Source: a bacterium (lineage in GTDB: Bacteria; UBP6; UBA1177). Taken from it: a DNA stretch of 64,000 bases. Under the pieces are notes generated by a model, which saw only the letters and a list, made by a program, of their open reading frames with translations, was not told the DNA's origin and searched no databases. Shown one piece after another: positions 10,461-19,697 of the stretch (its first letter is position 1; every line of letters begins with the position of its first letter). The stretch spans positions 40,066 to 104,065 of the forward strand of contig JAEESW010000004.1 in assembly GCA_016290135.1 (NCBI GenBank). Direction: 5' to 3'. The position numbers and the translations under genes are program-made.

Positions 10461-11786
10461 TTATAAATTTTTGTTTGAAGCCTCTATGTCGCGGCTTATT
10501 TTGTTTATAAGTTTAGCTACTTGCTCATCGTCGAGTATCATTTTTTCTATGTTGGAGATGGATGTTATAACAGTTGAATGATCTCTTCCTCCGAATTTTT
10601 CACCTATTTCTTTATAGGTCTTTGAAGTGTATTTTCTCGACAGATATATTGCTATCTGTCTTGACAGCGATATTCCTTTTGTCCTCTTTGTCGAGACTAT
10701 GTCAGAGGGTTTGACTTTTGTAGCTGCGGAAACAGTTTTTATAATACTGTCTATGTCGGCAGGTTTCTTTTTTATGATGTCTTTAAGAATCTTCTCTGCA
10801 AATTTAAGGTCTATAATAGAGTTTCCTATGAATTCTTTTGATATTTTGAGAGTTTTAAGTGCTCCTTCTATCTCTCTGACATTGTTTTTAAGGTTCATTG
10901 CTATGAAATCAACTACCTGTTCGTCTATTTTTACATCGAAAAGTTCAGATTTTTTCTTAACTATAGCAACTCTAGTTTCGTATTCAGGAGGCGTTATATC
11001 AAGAATGACACCCATACCAAAACGTGATCTCAGCCTGTCGTCTATATCGTTTATTTCATTGACATGCTTATCGGAAGTTATGACTATCTGCTTCTTTTTG
11101 TCGTAAAACTGGTTGAATATATAGAATATTTCGTTCTGAGTTCCTGTTTTTCCTGATAAAAACTGAACATCATCGACAAGAAGTACATCATTTTTTATAA
11201 TATTTTCCTTAAATTCATTGGTGCTTTTGTTTTCTATAGCTTTTACATAGTCGTTAGTAAATTCCATGGCTGTCGTGTAGTAGACCTTTTTATGCTTGTT
11301 CTGGATGATGTAGTTTTCTATAGCATGGATTATGTGAGTTTTTCCGAGTCCTGAATCACCGAATATGAAAAAAGGATTATAGCCTGTTCCGGGATTTTTG
11401 GCTATAGCTTGTGCAGCATGATATACTGTTGCGTTGGAAGGGCCTGATATGAAGTTGTCGAAGGTGTAGCTTTCATAGTTTTCGTTTTGTTCTAATAACT
11501 TATTGTTTTTGTTAGTATTTTTATTGTTTTCAAAGTTAAATTCAAGTTGGATGTCTTCATCTTTTGCAACTATGAAACAAACTTCAGTATTCTCATCAAA
11601 AAGTGCTTTGGCTATATTGTTTATTTTTTCCAAGTATTTGTTTTTATTAAGAAAATCATAGGCATATTTGCTTTGACACTTTACAGTTATCTTTTCTCGT
11701 GTTTCTTCAACAGGAGAAAGGGAATTTTTAAAGTTTTTTATTGATTTGTCTGTCTTTTCAAACTCTTTTATTATCGTATTCCACAT
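10461..11786 (-). CDS. dnaA: Chromosomal replication initiator DnaA
   Basis: YTFDNF, YNPFFIFGDSGLGKTH, DDVQFL, RLRSRF, NVREIEGAL, GGRDHSTV. Confidence 0.98.
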   Translation of the reverse strand: MWNTIIKEFEKTDKSIKNFKNSLSPVEETREKITVKCQSKYAYDFLNKNKYLEKINNIAKALFDENTEVCFIVAKDEDIQLEFNFENNKNTNKNNKLLEQNENYESYTFDNFISGPSNATVYHAAQAIAKNPGTGYNPFFIFGDSGLGKTHIIHAIENYIIQNKHKKVYYTTAMEFTNDYVKAIENKSTNEFKENIIKNDVLLVDDVQFLSGKTGTQNEIFYIFNQFYDKKKQIVITSDKHVNEINDIDDRLRSRFGMGVILDITPPEYETRVAIVKKKSELFDVKIDEQVVDFIAMNLKNNVREIEGALKTLKISKEFIGNSIIDLKFAEKILKDIIKKKPADIDSIIKTVSAATKVKPSDIVSTKRTKGISLSRQIAIYLSRKYTSKTYKEIGEKFGGRDHSTVITSISNIEKMILDDEQVAKLINKISRDIEASNKNL

Positions 11787-11867
11787 TAAGGCCTCTAAGT
11801 CTTACAAAAGTTCCCAATATTTTGCCAAACATTCGCTACTTTTCAAGAAAAAAAAATTTTTTCTGAT

Positions 11868-12563
11868 TCATCCTTTAATATAGAGGTTTTCCCTGACAGC
11901 TTTGCCGGGAAAGTCCGATATTATCCCACTCGTAAAGTCGTTTTTCAAAGTTTTCCTCATCCCGTCTGAGGTGTCTACACCCCAATATATTGCCTTGATA
12001 CTGAAAGGAATCGAAGGAATGAGTTCGTTTACTGTGAAATCAAAATTTTTGAAGTCCGGGAGGATGAAGTCGGGCCTGAGATCAATGACTCTTTCCCTCA
12101 AATTGTCTTTTGTTGAGTCATCAAACAGCAACCCTTTTTTTAACTGCTTAAAATTATTGTTTATTTTTGTTATAACACTGTCATGGAATGAAGTTATTAT
12201 AAAATCATCGGGACTGAAGACGGAAAGGGTCTTTACAGCAGTTTCTTCTGTCGTTTCAGGCTCTTTTATCTCGATATCGAGCTTTATTTTTCCTCTGCAT
12301 AATTCAAGGACATCTTCCAAAAGCGGGACTTTATAGCCCTTGCTCCTTGAAAGAGCGGTTATTTCGTCATAATCCATGTCTTTGAGGATATTTCCGTCAA
12401 TATCGGGATTGTGATGGACTATCAGCTTTTTATCCTTTGAATATCTTATATCGAACTCTATGAAGTCGGCTCCGTCCAGTATAGCGGACGAAAAACTTTC
12501 AATGGTGTTTTCATGGGCTTTTTCAGGACTTCCGCGGTGTCCTCCTATAAGTTTTTCCGACAT
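11868..12563 (-). CDS. Glycerophosphodiester phosphodiesterase
   Basis: GHRG...ENT..SF, IEFDI..SKD..IVHH, DIEIK, IISDFP; RBS GGAG before ATG 12563. Confidence 0.9.
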   Translation of the reverse strand: MSEKLIGGHRGSPEKAHENTIESFSSAILDGADFIEFDIRYSKDKKLIVHHNPDIDGNILKDMDYDEITALSRSKGYKVPLLEDVLELCRGKIKLDIEIKEPETTEETAVKTLSVFSPDDFIITSFHDSVITKINNNFKQLKKGLLFDDSTKDNLRERVIDLRPDFILPDFKNFDFTVNELIPSIPFSIKAIYWGVDTSDGMRKTLKNDFTSGIISDFPGKAVRENLYIKG

Positions 12564-12693
12564 AGCATACTCCTTTTTAAAACTATAAACGCTGCTGATT
12601 TTATGCTCCATGGAAAAATAAGCACTATTTTTTCAGTTATATTGAATAAATATCAGAAAATTATATAATATTCGGACTTTTTAGGAGGGAGAA

Positions 12694-14586
12694 ATGCTGT
12701 ATATCGGAAAAAAACTCGAACTTGTCGAATATTTCAGGTCTGTTCCGCTCGAGCAGAAAGCGCAGCTTTACAGAGGGATACGTTCCATAATGGCAATGCT
12801 CGTCAAAGTGTCGAAAATGACAGAAATCTATTCTGTGCGTGACAAGATATTTTCAGAATTTACCGAAACGATGAAGCAGAATATGGACGTTATCCATAAT
12901 CTTCTCCCTTTTGCCACTCTTTCCACGAAAAAGGTAGGTTTTTATTATCAGGAACGGAAAATCAAGCTTTTTGACGAAGGTGAGAGAAAGTTCAGAAATA
13001 TATTCCTGACCAACGAGATCAGGGAATTGTATTTCGTAAAGGGCATCACACCTCAGGAGATAGTCGACTTTTTCGCGGTCATCCAGGAGACTTTGAACTA
13101 CACTCTGCTCGACTACGATTTCAACACCAGACTTTGGGATTACGGCATAACTCATATCGGGACTATTTCCGATCCCGACATGGGCGATCCGGAACCGTGG
13201 GAGGAGAGCTGGTTCAAAAGCGATGTCGCAACAGTCACGCCTGAACAGCTTTTCTCGATGAAGCCGCAGAACGTCAACGAACTTTCTGACATAGCCAACG
13301 AGTTCAACATGCTTCCTGTCGTTGACATGGAAAAGTTCAGCAAATGGGCGGAAAACTGCGGAAAGGATGCCGTTGTCGGAAAATATCTTGAAAAAGCGGT
13401 GAGATCTGTCCTCATGAACCCTGACAGCGACTCCAACAAGAATATTGTAGGAAAAATTTGCGAATATGCTGTCAAAAACATTCAGAACGGGGATTTCATT
13501 TCAGGTTATATCTATATCGACAGTCTGATCGTGCTGGAAAAAAACATAGTTGACAAAGGCGGTGTGATATACCAAAAAATCAGCGAAGTCCTCGGCAGGA
13601 TAAGATCGGAGGATTTTCTCAATACTGTTTTTGAAGTCGCGTTCGGAATATCGGATCCGATGCAGATCGAAAGTTTCAGCAAACTTCTCAATGTCATCAG
13701 CGAAGAGCAGTTTGAAACGGCTTTCACTAAACTCTGCGAACTTGATAACAAAGCGGTGCGTCTCGCGTGTCTCGAAGGGCTTGCCAAAAACCTGAAGGAT
13801 AAGGAAGTGGTCCAGAGATTCATCGAAAATCCGGACTGGCATGTCGTAAGGAATTTCCTCTATATCCTGCGCTTTGCCTACAATCCGGAGTTCCTGCCGC
13901 AGGTCCGCGAAGTCATGAACCATCAGGTAAAGCAGATAAGGATCGAAGCAGCACACGTTCTCAGTATTTACGATGCCGACGAGAACCTCGAATACTGGGA
14001 GCGCGCGGTTTTCTGTCCTGACGAGGAAGTGCGGATCCTTGCTGTTGAGAACCTTGTGAAAGTCAAAGATATGAAGGTCAAAAGCATTTTCAACGAGATA
14101 TTCAAACCGGCGAACCGGTCGAAATTCAACCTTACAGACTACGAACGCTACATGGACCGCATCCTTGCTTCAGGGAGAAATGAATTTTTTGACCTGCCGG
14201 GTTCGATGATATTTTCGGAAAACAGGGAATTGAGGATCATCGCGTTGAAATCATTGAACAAGATCAGCAATCCTTCAATGGTCCTCATGCAGTTGAAAAG
14301 AAGGATAAAAAGTCCCGAATTTCTGTCGCTTGATAAAGAAGAGATAGAACTTATCCTCGGTCTGATGAAGGGTGAACTGATAACGCCGATGCTTGAAAAT
14401 CTCGAGTATCTTTTTACGCTTCACGGGAACTTATTTAATAAAAACAAATACTTGCCGTTAAAACAGCAGGTCTTTGGATTTGTCATGCAGAGAGCTGCCA
14501 AAAATATGGCTATGCGCAACTGGATCGAAAAGGGGAAACAGACGGGTGACAACGAAACACGTTCCGTTTTTGAGGGAAGGAGTTAG
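12694..14586 (+). CDS. HEAT-repeat protein
   Basis: WHVVRN, QIRIEAA.VL, EEVRILA HEAT units; N-terminal GIT.QEI..F motif shared with the next gene. Confidence 0.75.
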   Translation: MLYIGKKLELVEYFRSVPLEQKAQLYRGIRSIMAMLVKVSKMTEIYSVRDKIFSEFTETMKQNMDVIHNLLPFATLSTKKVGFYYQERKIKLFDEGERKFRNIFLTNEIRELYFVKGITPQEIVDFFAVIQETLNYTLLDYDFNTRLWDYGITHIGTISDPDMGDPEPWEESWFKSDVATVTPEQLFSMKPQNVNELSDIANEFNMLPVVDMEKFSKWAENCGKDAVVGKYLEKAVRSVLMNPDSDSNKNIVGKICEYAVKNIQNGDFISGYIYIDSLIVLEKNIVDKGGVIYQKISEVLGRIRSEDFLNTVFEVAFGISDPMQIESFSKLLNVISEEQFETAFTKLCELDNKAVRLACLEGLAKNLKDKEVVQRFIENPDWHVVRNFLYILRFAYNPEFLPQVREVMNHQVKQIRIEAAHVLSIYDADENLEYWERAVFCPDEEVRILAVENLVKVKDMKVKSIFNEIFKPANRSKFNLTDYERYMDRILASGRNEFFDLPGSMIFSENRELRIIALKSLNKISNPSMVLMQLKRRIKSPEFLSLDKEEIELILGLMKGELITPMLENLEYLFTLHGNLFNKNKYLPLKQQVFGFVMQRAAKNMAMRNWIEKGKQTGDNETRSVFEGRS

Positions 14587-14588
14587 TC

Positions 14589-16004
14589 ATGGATGAAAGA
14601 AGAAACAGGCCGGAATATGACAGTTCGCCTAAGAAATGGCGCTACAACTTTTCCAAATCGCTCTTCACTTTTTGGAAAAACGTCAAAATGTACGGCGACA
14701 AAAACGAAAGGATCACCGAAGAGATCACGTTTTTCAAGCAGGTCCTTGATTTTTTCTTTGCTGAAAAGGATGAACTGTCGATCCTCTTTGACGGAATAGA
14801 CATAAAAGTCGACAAAGTCAGGATCAGAGGCCAGCGCCAGGACGACAAATATTTTGAGGATATCTATGACCTCTTTCTTTCACTTTGCATGTCGGGGATA
14901 ACTTTCAAAAAAGGCGTCCGCGACGAAGAGATCCTCACGCTTCTCGGCGTCATGGGCAAGTATCCGGTTGGACGCGAGCCTAAGATCCAGGCTTACGAGC
15001 GTGTCAGAGGCGACCTTCCTCCGCTTGAGCACATCGAGATCTATCCCTACGATCCGGAAGAGTCGGGCAACCTGCCTATCTACACTCCGGAACAGTCACT
15101 GCGCAGGATATACTGTTCTCTGGCGCGCGACTTCGGAGACATCCGCAAAATGATCGATGCGGCCGAAAGCATCCCGCTCCGCATGACAGAACGCAGAGTC
15201 CAGGATCTCATAAGTATAGTTTCAAACGCAAAAAAGATAGAAACCCTTGAATTTATTATGTTTTTGGCTTCAGTTCCTTCTTTTGAAGGGTCAAGTGAAA
15301 GCGCTTTCGCCGTTTCGATGGTCATCTGGTCGGTCCTGATCGCAAAAAAACTCAAACTCGACATACAGTCGGTAAAAAGGGTCGCTGTGTCTGCATATTT
15401 TCAGTATTTTTCCAAGGATAAAGAGAAAGGCTATACTGCACTCTCAAGAATGGACGAGTTCAACTACGACCGCATCGAAGCAGCGCTCAACGCATCATCC
15501 AGGATAAGCGATTTTTCAGAACAGGCGCTTCTCTCAGACAAAACGGCATCAAGCGGGACGGTTTCGGGCGAAATACTAAAGGTCGCGGCATATTTTTCAG
15601 CAGTCACAAGAAAATGGTCCGCAGATTCATTCTACAAAGGACCGCTTATGACAAGACCGCAGGCTGTCCGTTCCGTGGTGAAACTCTGCTCGAAAGGGGT
15701 GTTCAACAAAGAGATATCTGAGGCATTCTTTTCAATGGCAGGCATCTATCCGTTGGGCAGCATCGTCAGACTTTTCGACGGAAGTGTCTGTGTGGTCGTC
15801 AAAAAATTCAAGAACTTCTTTGAAAACTCGGAAGTCCTTCTTCTTGACAAGGATCTTTCCATCGGTGAAAGAAGAAGCGTGACAGCCGAGAACGTTTTGG
15901 ATATTCCTGACGCTGCAGGAGTCGTTCTTCCCGAAAAGACGACAGTTCAGATCCTCAACACGTTCCTTGACGAAAGAGAAATTTCAAATGAAAAACAGCA
16001 ATAA
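14589..16004 (+). CDS. Degenerate HD-GYP-like protein
   Basis: C-terminal GIYPLGSIVRL.DG.V.VV and ILKVA..F.A.T..(R)..YK resemble HD-GYP tails; no HD dyad or GYP visible. Confidence 0.6.
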   Translation: MDERRNRPEYDSSPKKWRYNFSKSLFTFWKNVKMYGDKNERITEEITFFKQVLDFFFAEKDELSILFDGIDIKVDKVRIRGQRQDDKYFEDIYDLFLSLCMSGITFKKGVRDEEILTLLGVMGKYPVGREPKIQAYERVRGDLPPLEHIEIYPYDPEESGNLPIYTPEQSLRRIYCSLARDFGDIRKMIDAAESIPLRMTERRVQDLISIVSNAKKIETLEFIMFLASVPSFEGSSESAFAVSMVIWSVLIAKKLKLDIQSVKRVAVSAYFQYFSKDKEKGYTALSRMDEFNYDRIEAALNASSRISDFSEQALLSDKTASSGTVSGEILKVAAYFSAVTRKWSADSFYKGPLMTRPQAVRSVVKLCSKGVFNKEISEAFFSMAGIYPLGSIVRLFDGSVCVVVKKFKNFFENSEVLLLDKDLSIGERRSVTAENVLDIPDAAGVVLPEKTTVQILNTFLDEREISNEKQQ

Positions 16005-17178
16005 GACAGTCACACTTGAAAAAGGGCGTGAAAGACTGGCAAAAAACCACAATCCGTGGGTCTATTCAAAAGCGCTGAAACATATTTCAGAAGGGATCTC
16101 GGACGGTGACACCGTTGCAGTCCTTGATTATGCCGGAGACTTTGTGGCTTGGGCGCATTACAACGGGAGATCTGGCATCGCGCTCCGTCTTTTGGAGTGG
16201 GAGAAGGCGAAATATCCCGATGAAAACTGGCTGAAAGAGAAAATTTCAAGGGCGGTTGCTCTAAGAAAAAGGATAATTCCTGAAAACACGGGCATTTACA
16301 GGCTGATCTTTTCGGAATCGGACATGCTTCCGGGAATAGTCTGCGATGTTTTTGAGAAAACGGGGGTTCTGCAGATCTCGACTCCTGCGTTTGACAGAAT
16401 AAAAGAGCAGGTTGCCGTGATCATTGCCGGAGCGGCAGGACTTGAGGCAGTCTATGAAAAAAGCGACGGCGACGGAAGAAAGATCGAAGGTTTGCCGGAA
16501 AGTGCAGGATTTCTTTACGGAAAACAAGAACTTACAAAAATTGTTTCACGTGAAAACAATCTTTTTTTCGAAGCGGATCTTGAAGGGCAGAAGACAGGTT
16601 TTTATGCTGATCAGCGGGATAACCGCAGATTTTTCGGAGAGGCCGCGAAAGGGGAGGTCCTCGATATCTGCGCGTTTTCAGGCGCATTTTCGGTCTATGC
16701 TCTGAAAAACGGAGCCGAACACGCGACTTTATTGGATATTTCGAAAGAATCCGAGGCGCTTGTCAGGCGGAACATGGAACTCAATTCGATCGATCCCTCG
16801 CGCTACACTTTCATAAAAGGCGATGTTTTCGAACTTCTGCGCAAATTTGCTGCGGAAGGAAGGATCTTTGATTCGGTAGTGCTCGATCCGCCGAAGCTGG
16901 TCCCTTCGAACAAATACATTGAAAAAGGTCTGCGTGCTTATAAAGATCTGAATTTCAATGCTCTCAGACTTGTAAAAAAGGGAGGAGTTTTTGCGACATT
17001 TTCCTGCTCCGGAGCTGTAACACTCGCCGATTTCAGAAGTGCTGTCGCCTTTGCTGCACACGATGCCGGGCGCGAACTCAAGATCCTCCGGCAGCTCCAC
17101 CAGGCTCCCGACCATCCGATACGCGTGAATGCGCCGGAAACCGAATATCTGAAAGGGATCCTGGCTGAAGCGGAATAA
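15988..17178 (+). CDS. rlmI: Class I SAM-dependent rRNA methyltransferase (RlmI-like)
   Basis: PWVYS PUA domain, ESD.LPG, GQKTGFY.DQRDNR, LDPPK, FSCSG, DHP...PETEYLKG. Confidence 0.88.
   Translation: MKNSNKTVTLEKGRERLAKNHNPWVYSKALKHISEGISDGDTVAVLDYAGDFVAWAHYNGRSGIALRLLEWEKAKYPDENWLKEKISRAVALRKRIIPENTGIYRLIFSESDMLPGIVCDVFEKTGVLQISTPAFDRIKEQVAVIIAGAAGLEAVYEKSDGDGRKIEGLPESAGFLYGKQELTKIVSRENNLFFEADLEGQKTGFYADQRDNRRFFGEAAKGEVLDICAFSGAFSVYALKNGAEHATLLDISKESEALVRRNMELNSIDPSRYTFIKGDVFELLRKFAAEGRIFDSVVLDPPKLVPSNKYIEKGLRAYKDLNFNALRLVKKGGVFATFSCSGAVTLADFRSAVAFAAHDAGRELKILRQLHQAPDHPIRVNAPETEYLKGILAEAE
16542..16557. promoter_or_regulatory. parS-like site (degenerate), inside rlmI
   Basis: TGTTTCACGTGAAAAC; first 14 bases match the consensus. 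Confidence 0.55.
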
Positions 17179-17181
17179 AAA

Positions 17182-17931
17182 TCACAGGATCTCTTTCGAC
17201 GGCTTTTTCAGCAGAAAATCGGGTTTTTGATTGTATAAAGCCTTGAAAATATTGTTCTTTGCCGTTTTGTCGTGTTTGACGACTTCTTCTATGAGCGAGC
17301 GGATGTATGCCCGTTCCGAAACTTTTCCGAAAGGGCAGCCGGAATCGAAAATTTTGAGGCCGGTATTTTCTGCTTCTGCTTTGACGGAACTTTCTTTGAT
17401 GTAGAGCATCGGCCGGATTATGCGGTATTTCCCTTTGAAAAACGGATTGACGGGCTTCATCGCCTCAAGCGAACCGTTGAAAAAGAGGTTCATGAGAAAC
17501 GTCTGGACAAAGTCGTCGCGGTGATGCCCGAAAGCTATCACGCTTGCGCCGATCTCGTCGGCAAGATCAAAAAGAGCAAGCCTTCTCGTCCTTGAGCAGA
17601 GGTAGCACGGCTGCTTTTTTTCTGCTGCCATGGTCTTTTCGAGCGATCTTTCGATCTCAAAAAATTTTACGCCGTTTTCTTCGCTGAAATTGCGGAGATA
17701 TCCGGAGATCTCGTCGTCGTTTTTAAAACCCATTTTCACGAAGACCGATGAAATTTTGAAATCGTTGGTCGTCTGGATCTTTTTTCTTGCCAAAAGTCTG
17801 AGCAGCATAGAACTGTCCTTTCCGCCCGAAAGACCGACCAAAATATGATCGCCGGGATTGATCATCTGATAGTCAAAAATCGCCGTTTCCAGCAGTTTGT
17901 GCATGCTCAGAAAACATTTGCTTTCGCCCAT
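17182..17931 (-). CDS. ttcA: tRNA 2-thiocytidine biosynthesis protein TtcA-like
   Basis: PP-loop SGGKDS, PCYLCSRTRR, GHHRDD, IIRPM; GGAGG RBS before 17931. Confidence 0.82.
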   Translation of the reverse strand: MGESKCFLSMHKLLETAIFDYQMINPGDHILVGLSGGKDSSMLLRLLARKKIQTTNDFKISSVFVKMGFKNDDEISGYLRNFSEENGVKFFEIERSLEKTMAAEKKQPCYLCSRTRRLALFDLADEIGASVIAFGHHRDDFVQTFLMNLFFNGSLEAMKPVNPFFKGKYRIIRPMLYIKESSVKAEAENTGLKIFDSGCPFGKVSERAYIRSLIEEVVKHDKTAKNNIFKALYNQKPDFLLKKPSKEIL

Positions 17932-18041
17932 GAAACCTCCTAAAAGCGGAAAATCATACTGAAAAATCGGAAAAAAGCGAGAAACCGTTGACAATCTTGT
18001 TTTTACACTTAGAATCGCGCGTGTGAATTTTTGAGGGTGCT

Positions 18042-19031
18042 ATGCAGGTTACTTCAGCTCAAAAAAGGCGCGTGGCGGTATTTTTCATTTTCGGGATATT
18101 TGTGCTTGTCGGTCTTGCTGCTCTTCTTGTAGGCAACCGTCTGCTCAAACGCGAGGACTGCTACTTCACCCGTTTCGAGGATATTTCGGTCGCAGGTCTT
18201 TCGGAAGGTTCGACTGTAAAATTCCAGGGTATGAACATCGGAACGGTCTCGAAAATTTCAGTCGACAAGGAAAATACGGCGGTTGTCGAAGTCGCTTTCT
18301 GCCTTAAACCCGGCGTTCCGATCAAAGAGGGAACAAAGACGCAGCTCGGGACTATCGGCATCACCGGTCTTAAATTCCTCGAACTCAAAGGGGGCGGTCA
18401 AGGCGCGAACATCCCTGTCGGCGGCGAGATCCCTTCAGAAAAAAGCGGATGGGACGAGATCACAGGAAAGGCTTCGGTCATCGCCGAAAAGCTCGAATCG
18501 ATACTCAACCAGTTCAACGAGGCTCTGAAAGGAGTGCAGAAAGATGATGTTGAAAAGATCGTCAAAAACGTGAACGGCATTTCAACTTCGCTTGATGAGC
18601 TTCTTGCAAAAAACAAAAACGAGATCAGCGGCGTCATAAAAGAAGCGAATGTTTTTATGAAAGAGCTCAACGGAAATATGGACAATGTCAAAGCGATCAC
18701 CACAAACGTCCGCGAACTCACCTCGAAGGAAGGCTCGCTTGCAAAGACGCTTTCGATGATGGAGGCTGCTGTCTCCGATTTCAGGGAGGATTACAAAGAG
18801 GCGAACGTTCAGGACAAGGTCGACAGAATGTTCGGCCTCGTCGAATCGACGCAGAGGACAGTCGACACGCTTCAGCTCACATTTGAAAGAAGCACCGAAA
18901 AGATCGACAAGTCGCTTGACGACCTTTCGGACGCGATGAGCAACTTCAGCGAATTTACGAGAATAATCATGGAAAATCCGTCGGCTCTTTTCGGCGGCGG
19001 CAACTCGGATGCACAAGAGGATAAAAAATGA
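18042..19031 (+). CDS. MCE/MlaD family protein
   Basis: N-terminal TM, VAGL.EGS.VKFQG..IG.V, GITGLKFLEL.GG, helical tail ending ENPSALF. Confidence 0.9.
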   Translation: MQVTSAQKRRVAVFFIFGIFVLVGLAALLVGNRLLKREDCYFTRFEDISVAGLSEGSTVKFQGMNIGTVSKISVDKENTAVVEVAFCLKPGVPIKEGTKTQLGTIGITGLKFLELKGGGQGANIPVGGEIPSEKSGWDEITGKASVIAEKLESILNQFNEALKGVQKDDVEKIVKNVNGISTSLDELLAKNKNEISGVIKEANVFMKELNGNMDNVKAITTNVRELTSKEGSLAKTLSMMEAAVSDFREDYKEANVQDKVDRMFGLVESTQRTVDTLQLTFERSTEKIDKSLDDLSDAMSNFSEFTRIIMENPSALFGGGNSDAQEDKK

Positions 19032-19630
19032 AAAAAACCGCTATTTTGATCGTTTGCTTTATAGCTCTTTTCGCACTTTCTTCCTGTTCCCTCTTCTCTT
19101 CCAAAGCGCCTCTCAAACACTATTATCAGGTCTACTATCAGCCGCAGGTCGGCTCCGAGCAGCCGATAAAGGCGACACTCAGGATAAAGACTTTCAGCGC
19201 CGACAAGGCTTACAAGAAATACAATCTGGTCTACAGGACTTCCTACGAGGAGATGTTCTACTACAACACCCATTTTTGGGCTTCAAGACCGGATGATATG
19301 ATCACTGACCTTGTTGCGAACCATTTCGCAAAGCAGCGGGTGTTTTCCGACATCATAATCACGATGGATAAAAAACCGGACTACGTTCTGAGCGGCAGGA
19401 TCTTGGCGCTGGACGAAGTTGTCGAAGATGAAAAAAGTTACGCCAGAGTCGCTATAATTTTTGAACTTAAAGACTATAAGACCACGGAGGTCGTAGTCGC
19501 TCACTCTTTTGACACAAAGCTTGAAGCAAAAGGTCGCAAGCCGGTGGATGTGGTACGTGCGATGGGGGAAATAATAAATTCCGAGACAGAGCTCTTTATC
19601 TCAAAAATTTATGAGACCGCCGAACATTAA
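19028..19630 (+). CDS. ABC-type transport auxiliary lipoprotein (PqiC-like)
   Basis: Lipobox LSSC, YYQ, LVYR..YY..HFWA..P; 4-bp overlap with the MCE gene. Confidence 0.82.
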   Translation: MKKTAILIVCFIALFALSSCSLFSSKAPLKHYYQVYYQPQVGSEQPIKATLRIKTFSADKAYKKYNLVYRTSYEEMFYYNTHFWASRPDDMITDLVANHFAKQRVFSDIIITMDKKPDYVLSGRILALDEVVEDEKSYARVAIIFELKDYKTTEVVVAHSFDTKLEAKGRKPVDVVRAMGEIINSETELFISKIYETAEH

Positions 19631-19697
19631 CGCTTGTTGATTGACAAAAGATCTTTTTGATATCTGATATTTAACCAATAAAATGAGAGGTTTGTAG

